Counted from the first letter of the stretch, positions 47,023 through 57,574 are shown. The stretch: 64,000 bases of DNA from an uncultured delta proteobacterium (GCA_963753395.1 CAVWBW010000012.1:516513-580512), one strand, 5' to 3'. Made by a program: numbers and translations. Notes: a model not told the origin generated them from the letters alone.

Positions 47023-47053
47023 GGCGAAGTCCCGTGGTAGGACGGCGAGCACG

Positions 47054-47614
47054 GTGTTCAGAACGTGTTCAACTCGGATCCTATCGCTCTTGACGCCCCT
47101 CGCGCTGCTTGCGGCCGCCTGTACCGGTGATGCAGAAGCGCCCGCTCCGGTCGAGCCGCCGATCGCGCCGCGCAAGGTGGCTGATCCCTACGAGCACTCG
47201 GCCTCACGGTTCGGCGTCGTTCCGCTGCACGCGGGGTTCAGCCCGGACCCACGCGTAGTCGCGGGCGAGGCGGTCGGCGAGATTCCCGCCAAGTCGGTGC
47301 ACCGCAAGTGCAGAGGCTGGATCTCGGAAACCCCCGATTACCTGCTCGCCGCAGACACAGCGTTCTTTCAGCTCTACGTGCTCGCTCGCTCGCGCTCCGA
47401 TTCGCTTCTCGTCGTTCGCAAGCCCGACGGCTCGGTGCATTGCAACGACAATCGCCGGGGCACGAAGGACCCGATGATCCGTACTGGCCTTCCGATCGGC
47501 ACGAGCCAGGTGTGGGTGGGCGTTCAGGACGAAGGTGCCCGCGCATCTTACCGGCTCGGCTTCTCCGAGGTGAAATGGAAGTCGTCGTCGATCCCGCTGC
47601 CCGACTCGGGTTAG
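47054..47614 (+). CDS. Hypothetical lipoprotein
   Basis: ORF 47021..47614. The TTG at 47021 lies inside the terminator T-tract, so GTG 47054 is preferred. The signal reads ILSLLTPLALLAAAC. No recognised family. Confidence 0.5.
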   Translation: MFRTCSTRILSLLTPLALLAAACTGDAEAPAPVEPPIAPRKVADPYEHSASRFGVVPLHAGFSPDPRVVAGEAVGEIPAKSVHRKCRGWISETPDYLLAADTAFFQLYVLARSRSDSLLVVRKPDGSVHCNDNRRGTKDPMIRTGLPIGTSQVWVGVQDEGARASYRLGFSEVKWKSSSIPLPDSG

Positions 47615-48207
47615 GACTCACGCCGTTTCCACAGGGCGAGACGCTCTCTGCCCTCGCGCCCCGGGTGAGAGCGCTCCGCTCGACGGACCTCGACCTCATC
47701 GAACGCTCCCTCGACGAAGGTCCGCACGAGCTCGGTATTGATCGGCCAGGGTGGGCCCTCGCGATCGGAGATCGGGTCCTCGAACGGAAAGACCAAGGTG
47801 GCGAGTATTCCCGCTGGCTTGATCAGTCGGGCCATCGTGTCGGCCCAGGTGCTCCGCTGAGCGGGGTCCAACGCGCAGAAGAACGTGTAGTCCCAAATGA
47901 AGTCGAACCCGTCACCCGCTTCGTACGAGAAAAAGTCCGCGATTTCGTAGGTCACGGTCCCCGGAAGATCGGGATGTGCGGTCGTGAACGCATCGCGCGC
48001 CTGTTCGGACAGATCGATGCCAACCACTTCGCGATCCGCGCGGGCGAGGGTCGCGACGTCATACCCGGTGCCGCAGCCGGGAACCAAGATACGACCGGCG
48101 GGCACGCGTTCGGCGCGAATGAGCTCGACGAGTGCGGGTGGTGACCCTCCTGCATCCCACGGGGTCCTCCCCGCTTTCCACGCTTGCTGCCAGTCGACTG
48201 GGGCCAT
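47611..48207 (-). CDS. SAM-dependent methyltransferase, thiopurine/thiol/halide methyltransferase (TPMT) family
   Basis: WQQAWKAGRTPWDAGGSPPALVELI..., VPGCGTGYDVATLA and FDFIWDYTFFCAL. Length 198 aa. Confidence 0.78.
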   Translation of the reverse strand: MAPVDWQQAWKAGRTPWDAGGSPPALVELIRAERVPAGRILVPGCGTGYDVATLARADREVVGIDLSEQARDAFTTAHPDLPGTVTYEIADFFSYEAGDGFDFIWDYTFFCALDPAQRSTWADTMARLIKPAGILATLVFPFEDPISDREGPPWPINTELVRTFVEGAFDEVEVRRAERSHPGREGRERLALWKRRES

Positions 48208-49032
48208 CTAATCGATCAAACCTACGTTGCGCGCAGCGGTCCGCGCAACCGGAAGGACGGCATCGAACGCGGCCGCGTTGCAAGCGAGAATCCCCCGTCG
48301 GTTGCGCATATCGGTCCCGCCATAGCGGTACGGGTTGCCCGCCATGTCGGTGAAGCGTCCGCCGGCGGCCCGGAGTACGGCTTCGGGCCCACAGGCGTCC
48401 CAGAGGCTCGATTTGTCGGAGATGTGCAAGTAGAGGTCGGCCTGCCGTTCGGCGATGAGCCCCGCCTTCAAGCCGACGGAGCCGGTCTGGCTCTCTTCCT
48501 CGATGCCGAGCTTCGAAACGACTCTGGTGACGGCACGATTGCGATGCGAGCGCGAGACGACCAGCCGCAACTCGCTCGGGTCTGCGACCTCGCTCACCCG
48601 AAGCTCGCGGCTGGATCCGTGTTGTTCGAGCATGGCGCCCTCGCCGACGACGCCAGCATAGAGCTTGTCCGTCACAGGTTGGTACACGACGCCGAGCGCA
48701 GAGGCGCCGTCGATCGCCAGGCCCAACATCACGGCGAACTCGCCGTTGCGGGCGACGAACTCCTTCGTGCCGTCGACCGGGTCGACGTACCAGCAGCGGC
48801 CCGGGCGAAGCGCGTCGCTTTGGTCCGGCGACTCCTCCGCGACGATTCCGTCGCCTCCGAATGCCTTCTGAAGCTCGCCAACGATGAATGCGTTTGCTCG
48901 CGTGTCGGCTTCCGTGACGGGGTCGGCCTTCGCTTTGTACGCGACGCTGAAATTGGTCGAGTAGACATCCATCAAGATGGTGCCGGCGCCGCGCGCGATT
49001 CTAGCGGCCTCCGCGATCTCCCCGCTGAGCAT
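48208..49032 (-). CDS. cysQ: 3'(2'),5'-bisphosphate nucleotidase CysQ-like (inositol monophosphatase family)
   Basis: VAEESPD, WYVDPVDGTKEF and WDACGPEAVLRAAGG. Its stop codon abuts the start of the downstream methyltransferase gene. Confidence 0.72.
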   Translation of the reverse strand: MLSGEIAEAARIARGAGTILMDVYSTNFSVAYKAKADPVTEADTRANAFIVGELQKAFGGDGIVAEESPDQSDALRPGRCWYVDPVDGTKEFVARNGEFAVMLGLAIDGASALGVVYQPVTDKLYAGVVGEGAMLEQHGSSRELRVSEVADPSELRLVVSRSHRNRAVTRVVSKLGIEEESQTGSVGLKAGLIAERQADLYLHISDKSSLWDACGPEAVLRAAGGRFTDMAGNPYRYGGTDMRNRRGILACNAAAFDAVLPVARTAARNVGLID

Positions 49033-49068
49033 GTTCGGCGTGTATCACGGCCGCGTGCGCGCGCCACC

Positions 49069-49842
49069 TCAGCCGCGAATGCCTTCGAGCAACCCCTCGA
49101 GCAGCGCCGCCACTTCGTCGACACCGTCGAGCAAGACCGCGGCGCTCGGGGGCGTTCCGCGCTGCTCGCCGGACTCCACGAAGGCGCCGACCCCGCGCTG
49201 GGCGGCAAGCTCGATGGCAGGGAAGTCGGTGAGGTCGTCTCCGATGAACAGAACCGAGCGAGCGCCGCTTCGGTCGAGGATCTCTCGGAGCGCGAGGCCC
49301 TTGTCGTTCGGGACGACCTCGGCCTCGAGGAGTGCCTTGCCGCGCCGGACGTGGAGTCCGAGGCTTTGCGCGACCGAATCGGCTTCGTGCATCAGGCGCT
49401 CTGCCCGCTCCGGGTCGCCCATTGCGATCGCCCGCACATGTACCGCGACCGCCTGCGGCTTGTGTTCGATGAAAGCGCCGCGTGCGTGGTCGTCCACCCA
49501 GTCCTTGAATTTCGAAAGAGCGCTGCGCTGGGCCTCGTTCAAGCGCCTTTCGGTCGGCGGCTCGTTCGGCCCCAACACGACGCCGCCGTGCTCGACCGCT
49601 CGCCAGATGCCTTCGAGTTGCTCCATTCGCCGGAGCGAAGGCAGATCGCGGCCCGTGACGAGCGCGAGCTCGATGTCGGGCTCTGCGCTCAATCCGTCGA
49701 GAATGGCCAAGGTTTCGCCGGGAATCTCCGCCATATCGGGGTCCCGGACGATCGGGGAGATTGTGCCGTCGACGTCGAGCGCCACCAGGAGAGGACGCTC
49801 GAGGTGGAGTAGGCGCGCCACCAACACGCCGACCCGGCTCAC
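49069..49842 (-). CDS. otsB: Trehalose-6-phosphate phosphatase
   Basis: HAD motif I LLVALDVDGTISPIV, plus LVTGRDL and FIGDDLTD. GTG 49842 overlaps the otsA stop (GTGA). Confidence 0.8.
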   Translation of the reverse strand: MSRVGVLVARLLHLERPLLVALDVDGTISPIVRDPDMAEIPGETLAILDGLSAEPDIELALVTGRDLPSLRRMEQLEGIWRAVEHGGVVLGPNEPPTERRLNEAQRSALSKFKDWVDDHARGAFIEHKPQAVAVHVRAIAMGDPERAERLMHEADSVAQSLGLHVRRGKALLEAEVVPNDKGLALREILDRSGARSVLFIGDDLTDFPAIELAAQRGVGAFVESGEQRGTPPSAAVLLDGVDEVAALLEGLLEGIRG

Positions 49843-51230
49843 TCGCCCTCCAACGCGCGGATATACTCGTCCGCCCAACGATGCACGTCGAGCCGCATGA
49901 CCTCGGCGCGTAGCGAGCGCATGCGCTTCTTCTTTTCGTTCGGCTTCATGTTGAGCGCGCGATGGATCGAGTTCGCGGTAGACTCCACATCGTAGGGGTT
50001 CACCAGCACAGCGCCTTTGAGGTATTTCGCTGCGCCGGCAAACTCGCTCAAGACGAGCACTCCATCATCGTCCGTTCGTGCGGCCGCGTACTCGTGCGCA
50101 ACGAGGTTCATCCCATCGCGCAGCGGGGTCACCAGGGCGACGTCGGCCGCCCGATAGTGCGCGAAGAGCGCTCTTTGGCTGAGATTGCGGTAGAGATAGT
50201 GAATCGGCACACGGCCGGTGTCCGCGTACCGGCCGTTGATGTCGCCAACCATTCGGTCGATCTCCTGCTTGAGGTCGGCGTAGGCCTTCACGTCCGTGCG
50301 GCTCGGCACCATGATCTGGATCAGCGCGCAGCGCGCGCGTGCCGTCTTGTCCTTCTTCAACAAGCGTTCGAACGCCGCCAAGCGGTCGGGAATGCCCTTG
50401 GTGTAGTCCAGCCGATCGACGCCGAGCAGAAGCCGACGATTGCCCATCGTCTGCTTGATGCGTTCCACCTCTCGGCCGACGTCGGGGTCGATCGCCAGCG
50501 CTTCGAGCTCGTCGACGGGGATTCCAATCGGCGCTGCGACCGTCTCGACTTTGCGGCCTCGGTAGTGGATGGCGCCTCGGGTCACTGGATGGGCGGTGAA
50601 CCGCTTCACGCACTGCACGAAGTGCTCGGCGTACTCCGCCAGGTGGAATCCCAGGACGTCGGCCCCGAGCAAACCCTCGAGGATTTCTTCACGCCACGGA
50701 AGGATTCCGAAGGTGTCGGGCGGGGGCCATGGGATGTGGCAAAACCACCCGATGCGCGCTTTTGGCCGCTTCGTCCGCAGCAAGCCCGGCACGAGCATCA
50801 GGTGGTAATCCTGAATCCAAAAGAGATCGCCCGCGCTGCTCAGCGACACGGCGGTGTCGGCGAACTCCCGGTTCGCGTGGAGGTAGCTCGACCACGGGGC
50901 CTCACCCACCTGAATCGTCGGCTCGAAGCCGTGAAGCAAGGGCCACAGCACGGCGTTCGAGATGCCCTCGTAGAACCCTCGTTGATCGCTGCGTTTCAGC
51001 GAGACGTGAGCCAGGTCGTAGTCGAGGTGTGGCGCCGGGATAGTCACTGAATCGAAGTCTTTCGCGGGCTTTGCGCTCACCCATACGCCACCGCGCTTCT
51101 GCAGCACCGGGTCGAGCGCCGCGACCAAGCCGCCGGCTGCCCGAACCCATCGCTCGCGCCCGCGGCTGACCTCATGCCGATAGGGGCCGCGGTTTGATAC
51201 GACCACAAGCTTTCGGCTCTTTCGCGCCAT
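49839..51230 (-). CDS. otsA: Trehalose-6-phosphate synthase (GT20)
   Basis: [42 protein letters not shown] and VLSEFAGAA. Start at ATG 51230 (alternative 51260). Confidence 0.92.
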   Translation of the reverse strand: MARKSRKLVVVSNRGPYRHEVSRGRERWVRAAGGLVAALDPVLQKRGGVWVSAKPAKDFDSVTIPAPHLDYDLAHVSLKRSDQRGFYEGISNAVLWPLLHGFEPTIQVGEAPWSSYLHANREFADTAVSLSSAGDLFWIQDYHLMLVPGLLRTKRPKARIGWFCHIPWPPPDTFGILPWREEILEGLLGADVLGFHLAEYAEHFVQCVKRFTAHPVTRGAIHYRGRKVETVAAPIGIPVDELEALAIDPDVGREVERIKQTMGNRRLLLGVDRLDYTKGIPDRLAAFERLLKKDKTARARCALIQIMVPSRTDVKAYADLKQEIDRMVGDINGRYADTGRVPIHYLYRNLSQRALFAHYRAADVALVTPLRDGMNLVAHEYAAARTDDDGVLVLSEFAGAAKYLKGAVLVNPYDVESTANSIHRALNMKPNEKKKRMRSLRAEVMRLDVHRWADEYIRALEGE

Positions 51231-51258
51231 CCGCGCGCATTGTAGTCTGCCCGTGGTC

Positions 51259-51753
51259 ATGGACCCAGCTGAGTTTCTTCAAGGCCGCACCCGAGAGACC
51301 GCGATCCGCCGCGACGCGCGCGGCCGATGGTTCAACGGCGAGGACCGAATCGAGCACCCGAACCTCTGCCGTTCCTTCGATTCCTGGATCGAGCGTGCCG
51401 AGGACGGACGGTTCTGCCTGAGCAACTCGATCAACTGGGCATACGTCGAGATCGAGGGACCTGCATACTTCGTCAAGGACGTCGAGGCCTCGGAGGATGG
51501 AATCCGGCTTCGGCTGTCCGGCGATTTGAGCGAGTCGCTCGATCCCGCGTCGCTTCGCCAGGGTCCCGAGGGCGCGCTCTGGTGCGCCGTTCGGGGAGGG
51601 CGCTGCCCCGCGCGATTCGACAATCACGCTGTCAGCAAGCTGAGCGACTGGATCGGCGAGGACGATGACGGCATTTACGTGTCGATCGGGGGTGCGAGGA
51701 TCCGCCCGCCCGCGATCGCCGATCCGCTTTCACTCGGCCTCGAAAAGCGCTAA
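51259..51753 (+). CDS. DUF1285-like protein
   Basis: The pattern RGRWFNGEDRIEHPNLCRSFDSWIERAEDGRFCLSNSINWAYVEIEGPAYFVKDVE matches my recollection of DUF1285. Confidence 0.5.
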   Translation: MDPAEFLQGRTRETAIRRDARGRWFNGEDRIEHPNLCRSFDSWIERAEDGRFCLSNSINWAYVEIEGPAYFVKDVEASEDGIRLRLSGDLSESLDPASLRQGPEGALWCAVRGGRCPARFDNHAVSKLSDWIGEDDDGIYVSIGGARIRPPAIADPLSLGLEKR

Positions 51754-51762
51754 GGCCTGCGC

Positions 51763-52371
51763 GTGTCCCGCCGAGAGCTCATTGCCACGCTGATCGTGGT
51801 CGCCCTTGCGTTCCCGCTGTTGTTCATCTTCACCGGTGCAATTGCCGATTCGCGCGCTCGCGCTCGGGAGGCCCCCTTTCGGGCCGTACTCGGCAACGCC
51901 CGCTTCGAGTCGATGATGGACGGGGTTGGGGGTGTGCCGCACTACCTCGGCGCCTCGCTTCGCGCCCCAGACTTCACACTCCCGAAGCAAGGTGGGGGCG
52001 AATGGAAGCTCTCCGACCACCGGGGGAAGGTCATCGTGATGAACTTCTGGACGGTGACCTGCCGTCCCTGCATTCAGGAGATGCCAACCATCGAGCTCTT
52101 GGCGGAGATCGTGGAACCTTGGGGCGACGTCGAAGTCGTTGCGGTCTCGACGGACCGCAACTGGGCGGAGGTGGAGACCATCATCGCTCGCAACACGCGC
52201 ATCACGAGTCTGCTCGACGCCGACCGCGAGATCGTGAACGGCAACTTCGGCACAAAGCTCTTCCCCGAGACGTGGATCATCGACGCCGACGGTGTGATCC
52301 GCTTTCGCTACGACGGCGCGCTCGATTGGTCTGACCCCGTCGCGCTCGACTTGATTCGCGCGTACCGCTGA
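51763..52371 (+). CDS. TlpA/ResA/CcmG-like thiol:disulfide oxidoreductase (thioredoxin fold)
   Basis: N-terminal TM, then KVIVMNFWTVTCRPCIQEMP (CxxC) and LFPETWIIDADG. Confidence 0.8.
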   Translation: MSRRELIATLIVVALAFPLLFIFTGAIADSRARAREAPFRAVLGNARFESMMDGVGGVPHYLGASLRAPDFTLPKQGGGEWKLSDHRGKVIVMNFWTVTCRPCIQEMPTIELLAEIVEPWGDVEVVAVSTDRNWAEVETIIARNTRITSLLDADREIVNGNFGTKLFPETWIIDADGVIRFRYDGALDWSDPVALDLIRAYR

Positions 52372-52376
52372 GCGCG

Positions 52377-53057
52377 TCAGGCCTCCGACAGGAGGTAGCG
52401 CGACACCCAGATCCCGAATCCGACGAACAAGAGGTCGAACGCGGTCAGGATCCGCATCCAGCCGAGGATCTCGGTGGCGGTTGCGCCGCCGAAGAGCTCC
52501 CGTGTCGCCACCGCGGACGCCAGTAGGGCCGGCGCGACGAGTGGGAACACCAGGACGCTCAGCATCAAATCGCGGGCGCGCGTGCGTATCCCGACCGCCG
52601 AAAACAGGGTGGCAGTGGAGACGAAGCCCACCGAACCCAGGAGGACGAGCGCGAGGAGAGGGAGGAGGATGCCGCTCGGCTCGATCTGAAAGAACACCAG
52701 GCAAAGTGGGACCAGCAGGAGCTCGATCACGAAGAGCAGCGCGAGCGCGCTGATGGTCTTTCCGATGTAGATGGACGCCCGCGGAATCGGGGACAGCAGC
52801 AAGCCGAATACGGCGTCGTTCTCCCGTTCGAGCGCCCAGCTTCTGCCGATCAAGAGAATCCCGCAGAACAGAATCGAAATCCAAAGCACGCCTGGCGCGA
52901 CGTCGGGGGAGCTCACCGGGTCCGTGTAAAAAGCCAGCGACCCTAGCGTCACCACCAACACCGCGAAGAGCCCCGTCGAAGTCAGGATCTCCTTCGTTCG
53001 AATCTCGAGCTGCAAGTCTTTGAGGGCGACTAGCCACGCCGCGCGAAGCACGCTCAT
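52377..53057 (-). CDS. ccmB: Heme exporter permease CcmB family
   Basis: Six TM segments. ALERENDAVFGLLLSPIPRASIYIGK resembles the conserved CcmB segment. It overlaps the ccmA-like gene by 4 nt. Confidence 0.72.
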   Translation of the reverse strand: MSVLRAAWLVALKDLQLEIRTKEILTSTGLFAVLVVTLGSLAFYTDPVSSPDVAPGVLWISILFCGILLIGRSWALERENDAVFGLLLSPIPRASIYIGKTISALALLFVIELLLVPLCLVFFQIEPSGILLPLLALVLLGSVGFVSTATLFSAVGIRTRARDLMLSVLVFPLVAPALLASAVATRELFGGATATEILGWMRILTAFDLLFVGFGIWVSRYLLSEA

Positions 53058-53710
53058 GCGCTTGGCTCCACGATTCGGCCCCGGTCCATGTGGAGCACGC
53101 GGTCGGCGACGGCACCAGCGAACTTCGATTCATGCGTGACGATGACGACGATGGCGCCGCGTTGCTTCTCTTGCTCGATCAAGTCCACGAACGATTCGGT
53201 CGATTTCACGTCGAGGCCGGTCGCGGGCTCGTCCATCAAGAGAAGCCGCGGCTCGTGCAACAACGCGCGGGCGATCGAGATGCGTTGCGCCTGCCCGCGG
53301 GAGTAGGTGCGGAGCGGACGCTCCCAATACTCGACTGCGCCGAGCATTCGTCCTAGGTCTTCGGCACGCTTAGTCGCGTAGGGGATGCCTTGAAGCTTCG
53401 CGGCCAACACGAGGTTCTCGCGGCCACTCAGGCCAGGGTAGAGCTGGAGTTGATGGGCGATGAAGCCGATGCGGCCCCGGAGCTCGTCGGAGTGGCCGGG
53501 GGCGTACGGCCCGAAGCGGATGTCGCCTTTGGTGGGGTGCGCGAGGAGTGCGAGGAGCCAGAGCAACGTGGATTTGCCAGAGCCGTTGGCCCCCTGGATC
53601 ACCGTGACCGAGCCCGCCTCGAAGCGCATGTCCACGCCCGCGAGCGCTAGCGTAGGCCCGTAGGATTTCACGAGGCCCGTAACCCCCACCTCTTCAAAAT
53701 CGAGCTTCAC
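53054..53710 (-). CDS. ccmA: Heme exporter ATP-binding protein CcmA family
   Basis: Walker A GANGSGKSTL, signature YSRGQAQRI and Walker B LLLMDEPATGLD. Length 218 aa. Confidence 0.75.
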   Translation of the reverse strand: MKLDFEEVGVTGLVKSYGPTLALAGVDMRFEAGSVTVIQGANGSGKSTLLWLLALLAHPTKGDIRFGPYAPGHSDELRGRIGFIAHQLQLYPGLSGRENLVLAAKLQGIPYATKRAEDLGRMLGAVEYWERPLRTYSRGQAQRISIARALLHEPRLLLMDEPATGLDVKSTESFVDLIEQEKQRGAIVVIVTHESKFAGAVADRVLHMDRGRIVEPSA

Positions 53711-53721
53711 CGGTCCGCACT

Positions 53722-54876
53722 CTAGAACAAGTCTCGCACAATGCCGTCAAGTTTCAGCCAGCGGCTTTGCGGGACGCGCAGGCGTTGTCCCTCGCGAAGG
53801 AGATTGCCGCGCTCGATGGCCGCTTCGATCTCGTGCTCCCGTCCGTCGACTGGGTTCTGCCCGGCGCGCCGTTCCGTATCGGCCAAGCACATGCCCTCGA
53901 TGGTGCGAAGGCCGAGCATGAGCGACTCGCGGATGATTTCATCAGGTCCTAGCGTTTCGGTTTCCGCCACGAGCTTCTTCTGGGTCAGGTAGCGGCGCGG
54001 ATTCGGATCGTTGCGCCAGCGCTCGGCGCGTCCGGGCCCGTGGTCGAGGCAACCGACGGCAGCGGCTCCGAGACCAACGTAGGCGCCACCGCGCCAATAG
54101 TGGAGGTTGTGGCGCGACTCCTCGCCGTGCGCCGCGTAGTTCGACACTTCGTAGTGCATCCATCCGAGCTCGGCGAAACGCTCCTCGGCAAGCTCGAACA
54201 ACGACGCGTACTGATCTTCAGGCGCGACGCGGAGCTTTCCCGCCCGGTGAAGCGAGCCAAACATCGTCTTCTCTTCGATCGTCAGGGCATAGGCCGAGAC
54301 GTGGCGGACTCCGGCGTCGGCAATGCGCACGATGTCCTCGGCGAGCTCGGCATCGCTTTGCCCCGGCATCCCGAACATCAAATCGGCGCTTACACGCGGC
54401 ATTTCGGCAACCGCCTCGCGAAGGGCGGCTGCTGCGCGGGCCGCATCATGGAGCCGGCCGAGAAAACCGAGGTGCGAGTCGCGCAGCGACTGGACGCCGA
54501 TCGAAAGCCGGTCGACACCTGCTTCGCGAAGGAGGACGATGTTCTCGCGCGTGAGCGAGCTCGGGTTGCATTCGACGGTCACTTCGAGCTCTTCGACTTC
54601 CGCGTCGAACGCGGCGCGTATCGCTGCGAGCGCACGCCCGAGCTCGGCAGGCTTCCAAAGCGAGGGCGTTCCGCCGCCGAAGAAGACCGACGTCAGGGTC
54701 CGGCCTCGAAGCTCGTCTCCGCGCGCACCGAGCTCCCGAAGCAGGGCGTCCGTGTACGCCTCGTGGGGGAGCTCTGCGACGCGGAGCGGCTCGGTCGCGA
54801 AGTCGCAATACGGGCATTTCCGCGCGCACCACGGAAAGTGAACGTAGACCGAGGTGTCTGTAGAGCGTCTTGACAT
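53722..54876 (-). CDS. hemW: Radical SAM heme chaperone HemW / oxygen-independent coproporphyrinogen oxidase-like
   Basis: ORF 53722..54948. From ATG 54876 it reads MSRRSTDTSVYVHFPWCARKCPYCDF (CxxxCxxC). FFGGGTPS is also present, and the C-terminal domain is HemN_C-like. Confidence 0.83.
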   Translation of the reverse strand: MSRRSTDTSVYVHFPWCARKCPYCDFATEPLRVAELPHEAYTDALLRELGARGDELRGRTLTSVFFGGGTPSLWKPAELGRALAAIRAAFDAEVEELEVTVECNPSSLTRENIVLLREAGVDRLSIGVQSLRDSHLGFLGRLHDAARAAAALREAVAEMPRVSADLMFGMPGQSDAELAEDIVRIADAGVRHVSAYALTIEEKTMFGSLHRAGKLRVAPEDQYASLFELAEERFAELGWMHYEVSNYAAHGEESRHNLHYWRGGAYVGLGAAAVGCLDHGPGRAERWRNDPNPRRYLTQKKLVAETETLGPDEIIRESLMLGLRTIEGMCLADTERRAGQNPVDGREHEIEAAIERGNLLREGQRLRVPQSRWLKLDGIVRDLF

Positions 54877-54926
54877 GCGATGCGCCGGCCGAAAGGTATA
54901 CTCCCTTTCTTCTGGAGCGGTCCCCC

Positions 54927-56378
54927 ATGGCCTTGCCGGTATTTCCATCGCTCAAAATCACCGCGGACGCACTCACCCCGAGGGGAGCGTTTGCGGAAGC
55001 GCAAGCGGCGTTCCTGAAGCCCGATCCGGGGCTCGTCACGGAGCTCACGAGCCTGCTGCGGGACAAGAACGTCGGCGTGGTTGCGCACTTCTACATGGAT
55101 CCGGAGCTTCAAGGCGTGCTCTCGTCGTGCGACTGGCCGCACATCCACGTGTCGGATTCGTTGGCGATGGCCGACCGCGCGATCGCCATGGCGGAGCAGG
55201 GCGTCGGCACCGTGGCAGTGCTCGGGGTCGACTTCATGAGCGAGAACGTTCGCGCGATGCTCGATGCCTCCGGCTACCAGCACATTCCGGTGTACCGTGT
55301 CGCAGCCGATCCGATCGGCTGCTCGCTCGCGGAGTCTGCAGAGGCGGCCGCCTACGGGGCCTACTTGGCCGGGGCGTCCGAGACGCCTCGCTCGCTGCAC
55401 GTCGTCTACATCAACACCAGCTTGGTGACGAAAGCCAAAGCGCACGCGGTCGTTCCCACCATCACCTGCACGTCGTCGAACGTGGTGCAGACGGTACTGC
55501 AAGCTGCCGCACAGGTTCCGGACGTGCACGTCTGGTTCGGTCCCGATACGTACATGGGCAACAACCTCGCCAACATGTTCGCGATTCTCTCGGAAATGCC
55601 GGACGAACGGATTCGCCAGCTCCACCCCGCGCACGACCAAGCGTCGATTCGCGCGCTGCTTCCTCGCTTCCACTACTTCGAGCAGGGCACGTGTATCGTG
55701 CATCACATGTTCGGCGAGGAGGTCGTGAACTTGGTTCGCAAGCACTACGCCGACGTCTTCGTGACCGCGCACTTGGAGGTTCCCGGCGAGATGTTCGAGC
55801 TCGGCCTTCGGGCCCAACGTGAGGGCAACGGCGTAGTCGGCTCTACGTCGAACATCCTCGGGTTCGTCCTTGCCAAGGTCGATGAAGCAATCGCACGTGG
55901 GGAGCCTGCGAACCTGCGGTTCATTCTCGGCACCGAGGCCGGCATGATCACGCCCATCGTTCGCCAGGTACAGGAGCAGCTTCGGGACTACGCGTCCGAA
56001 GGCGGCCCGCAAATCAGCGCGGAGGTCATCTTCCCCGTCGCGAGCGATGCGATCGCACAGGCTCCCGAGAGCGAGCTCGCAGTGCTGCCCGGCGTGGCCG
56101 GCGGGGAGGGTTGCTCGACCGCAGGCGGATGCGCGACCTGCCCGTACATGAAGATGAACTCGCTGCAGGCCCTCATTGCGCTCCTTCGGCGGGTCGGCGT
56201 CGAACCCGATTCGACCCTGGTGCCCTTCGAGCCTCGTAAGTACATCCAGCAAATTCGCGGGCGCAGCGCAGCCGACCTCGGCGGCGAGCCCATCCTTCAT
56301 ATGAGGGGTTTTCAGCGAACGGGGGAGCTCCCCGAGGGGCTGGTGGAGGACATATTGACCCGTTCCAAGGCGTCTTGA
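54927..56378 (+). CDS. nadA: Quinolinate synthase NadA (long form)
   Basis: ORF 54870..56378. ATG 54927 follows GGAG. The motifs are [67 protein letters not shown] and LGTEAGM, plus C-terminal CATCPYMK. The length of 483 aa is longer than the roughly 300-350 aa forms. Confidence 0.88.
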   Translation: MALPVFPSLKITADALTPRGAFAEAQAAFLKPDPGLVTELTSLLRDKNVGVVAHFYMDPELQGVLSSCDWPHIHVSDSLAMADRAIAMAEQGVGTVAVLGVDFMSENVRAMLDASGYQHIPVYRVAADPIGCSLAESAEAAAYGAYLAGASETPRSLHVVYINTSLVTKAKAHAVVPTITCTSSNVVQTVLQAAAQVPDVHVWFGPDTYMGNNLANMFAILSEMPDERIRQLHPAHDQASIRALLPRFHYFEQGTCIVHHMFGEEVVNLVRKHYADVFVTAHLEVPGEMFELGLRAQREGNGVVGSTSNILGFVLAKVDEAIARGEPANLRFILGTEAGMITPIVRQVQEQLRDYASEGGPQISAEVIFPVASDAIAQAPESELAVLPGVAGGEGCSTAGGCATCPYMKMNSLQALIALLRRVGVEPDSTLVPFEPRKYIQQIRGRSAADLGGEPILHMRGFQRTGELPEGLVEDILTRSKAS

Positions 56379-56430
56379 CCCCACGAAGAGCGTCCTTATC
56401 TTGGCCGCGTCGCTCAACCCATGGACGCGA

Positions 56431-57519
56431 ATGTCAAAGCCTGACTACTACGAAGTTCTCGAAGTCACCCGCGAAGTCACGACCGTGGAGCTCAAGAAGG
56501 CCTATCGAACGAAGGCCCTCGAGCATCACCCGGACCGGAATCCCGACAACCCGGAGGCCGAAGACAAATTCAAGATATGCGCCGAGGCGTACTCGGTCTT
56601 GAGCGATCCCCAGAAGCGGGAGGTCTACGATCGCTACGGGCACGCGGGGCTTGGCGGCGCGGGTGGACCCGGCTTCGGGGATGTTGGCGACATCTTCAGC
56701 CAGTTCCAAGACATCTTCGGAGATCTGTTCGGCGGTGGCGGCGGCTTCGGGTTCGGCGGGTTCGGAAGACGGCAACGTGACCCCAATGCGCCCACCCGAG
56801 GGGCGGATGTCCGAACCGACGTGAGCTTGTCGTTGCGTGAGGCAGCGTTCGGCACGACCAGGCAGATCGATCTATCCCACCCAACGCCTTGCGAGGCGTG
56901 CAGTGGCACCGGCGCAAAGGGCGGCGAGCTCGAGAGCTGTGGTACCTGCGGCGGCCGCGGCCAGGTCGCACGGGCGCAGGGCGCGTTCGTGATGACGACC
57001 ACATGCCCGGCGTGCCGAGGTCGCGGGGCGGCAGCGAAAGAAGCCTGCGATGAGTGCGAAGGCGCGGGCCAGGTCGACTCCGAGCGGGTCGTGAAGATCA
57101 ACGTACCAGGCGGGGTGGACACCGGGCAGAGCCTTCGCTTGAGCGGTCGTGGTCAAGAAGGAACGCGCGGCGGTCCAGCGGGGGACCTCTACGTCACTGT
57201 GCACGTCGAGCGCGACGAAGAGTTCGAGCGCGACGGCTTCAATCTCATCCATCGCCTCGTCGTCTCGTATCCGCAGGCGGCCCTGGGCGCGAAGGTCGAA
57301 GTGCCCGCCCTCGAGGAAGAAGAAGACATGGTCCAGACGCTCAAGGTGCCGTCTGGGACTCAAAACGGTGAGACGCTGGTCCTCCGTGGAGCCGGTGTTC
57401 CACGCCTCAGCGGTCGCGGACGGGGTGATTTGATCTGTGTAGTCGAGGTCGAAGTACCCAAAAAGCTCTCGCGGGAGCAGAAACGGCTCCTCAAGGACCT
57501 CGATCGTACGTTCGAATAG
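56431..57519 (+). CDS. dnaJ: Molecular chaperone DnaJ
   Basis: J domain DYYEVLEV...[14 protein letters not shown], a G/F region and four CxxCxGxG zinc-finger repeats. Confidence 0.93.
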   Translation: MSKPDYYEVLEVTREVTTVELKKAYRTKALEHHPDRNPDNPEAEDKFKICAEAYSVLSDPQKREVYDRYGHAGLGGAGGPGFGDVGDIFSQFQDIFGDLFGGGGGFGFGGFGRRQRDPNAPTRGADVRTDVSLSLREAAFGTTRQIDLSHPTPCEACSGTGAKGGELESCGTCGGRGQVARAQGAFVMTTTCPACRGRGAAAKEACDECEGAGQVDSERVVKINVPGGVDTGQSLRLSGRGQEGTRGGPAGDLYVTVHVERDEEFERDGFNLIHRLVVSYPQAALGAKVEVPALEEEEDMVQTLKVPSGTQNGETLVLRGAGVPRLSGRGRGDLICVVEVEVPKKLSREQKRLLKDLDRTFE

Positions 57520-57574
57520 TCCACGGATCCGCTGGAGATCCGGTTCGCTCTGGGTGTAGGCTTGTCGTCTTCTC

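Noticed and set aside
48184-51050. Long + ORFs 48184..49812 (542 aa), 48977..49900 (307 aa) and 49962..51050 (362 aa)
   Set aside because: They are antisense or off-frame relative to the cysQ-like, otsB and otsA genes, all of which have family motifs on the minus strand.
51730-53133. 467-aa minus-strand ORF spanning the TlpA-like gene and ccmB
   Set aside because: It is Arg/Pro/Gly-rich, crosses a convergent gene junction, and is off-frame to ccmB and antisense to the CxxC protein.
54693-56417. 574-aa minus-strand ORF opposite nadA (plus the + off-frame ORF 54854..55822)
   Set aside because: nadA motifs are in the + frame from 54927. These ORFs are shadows.
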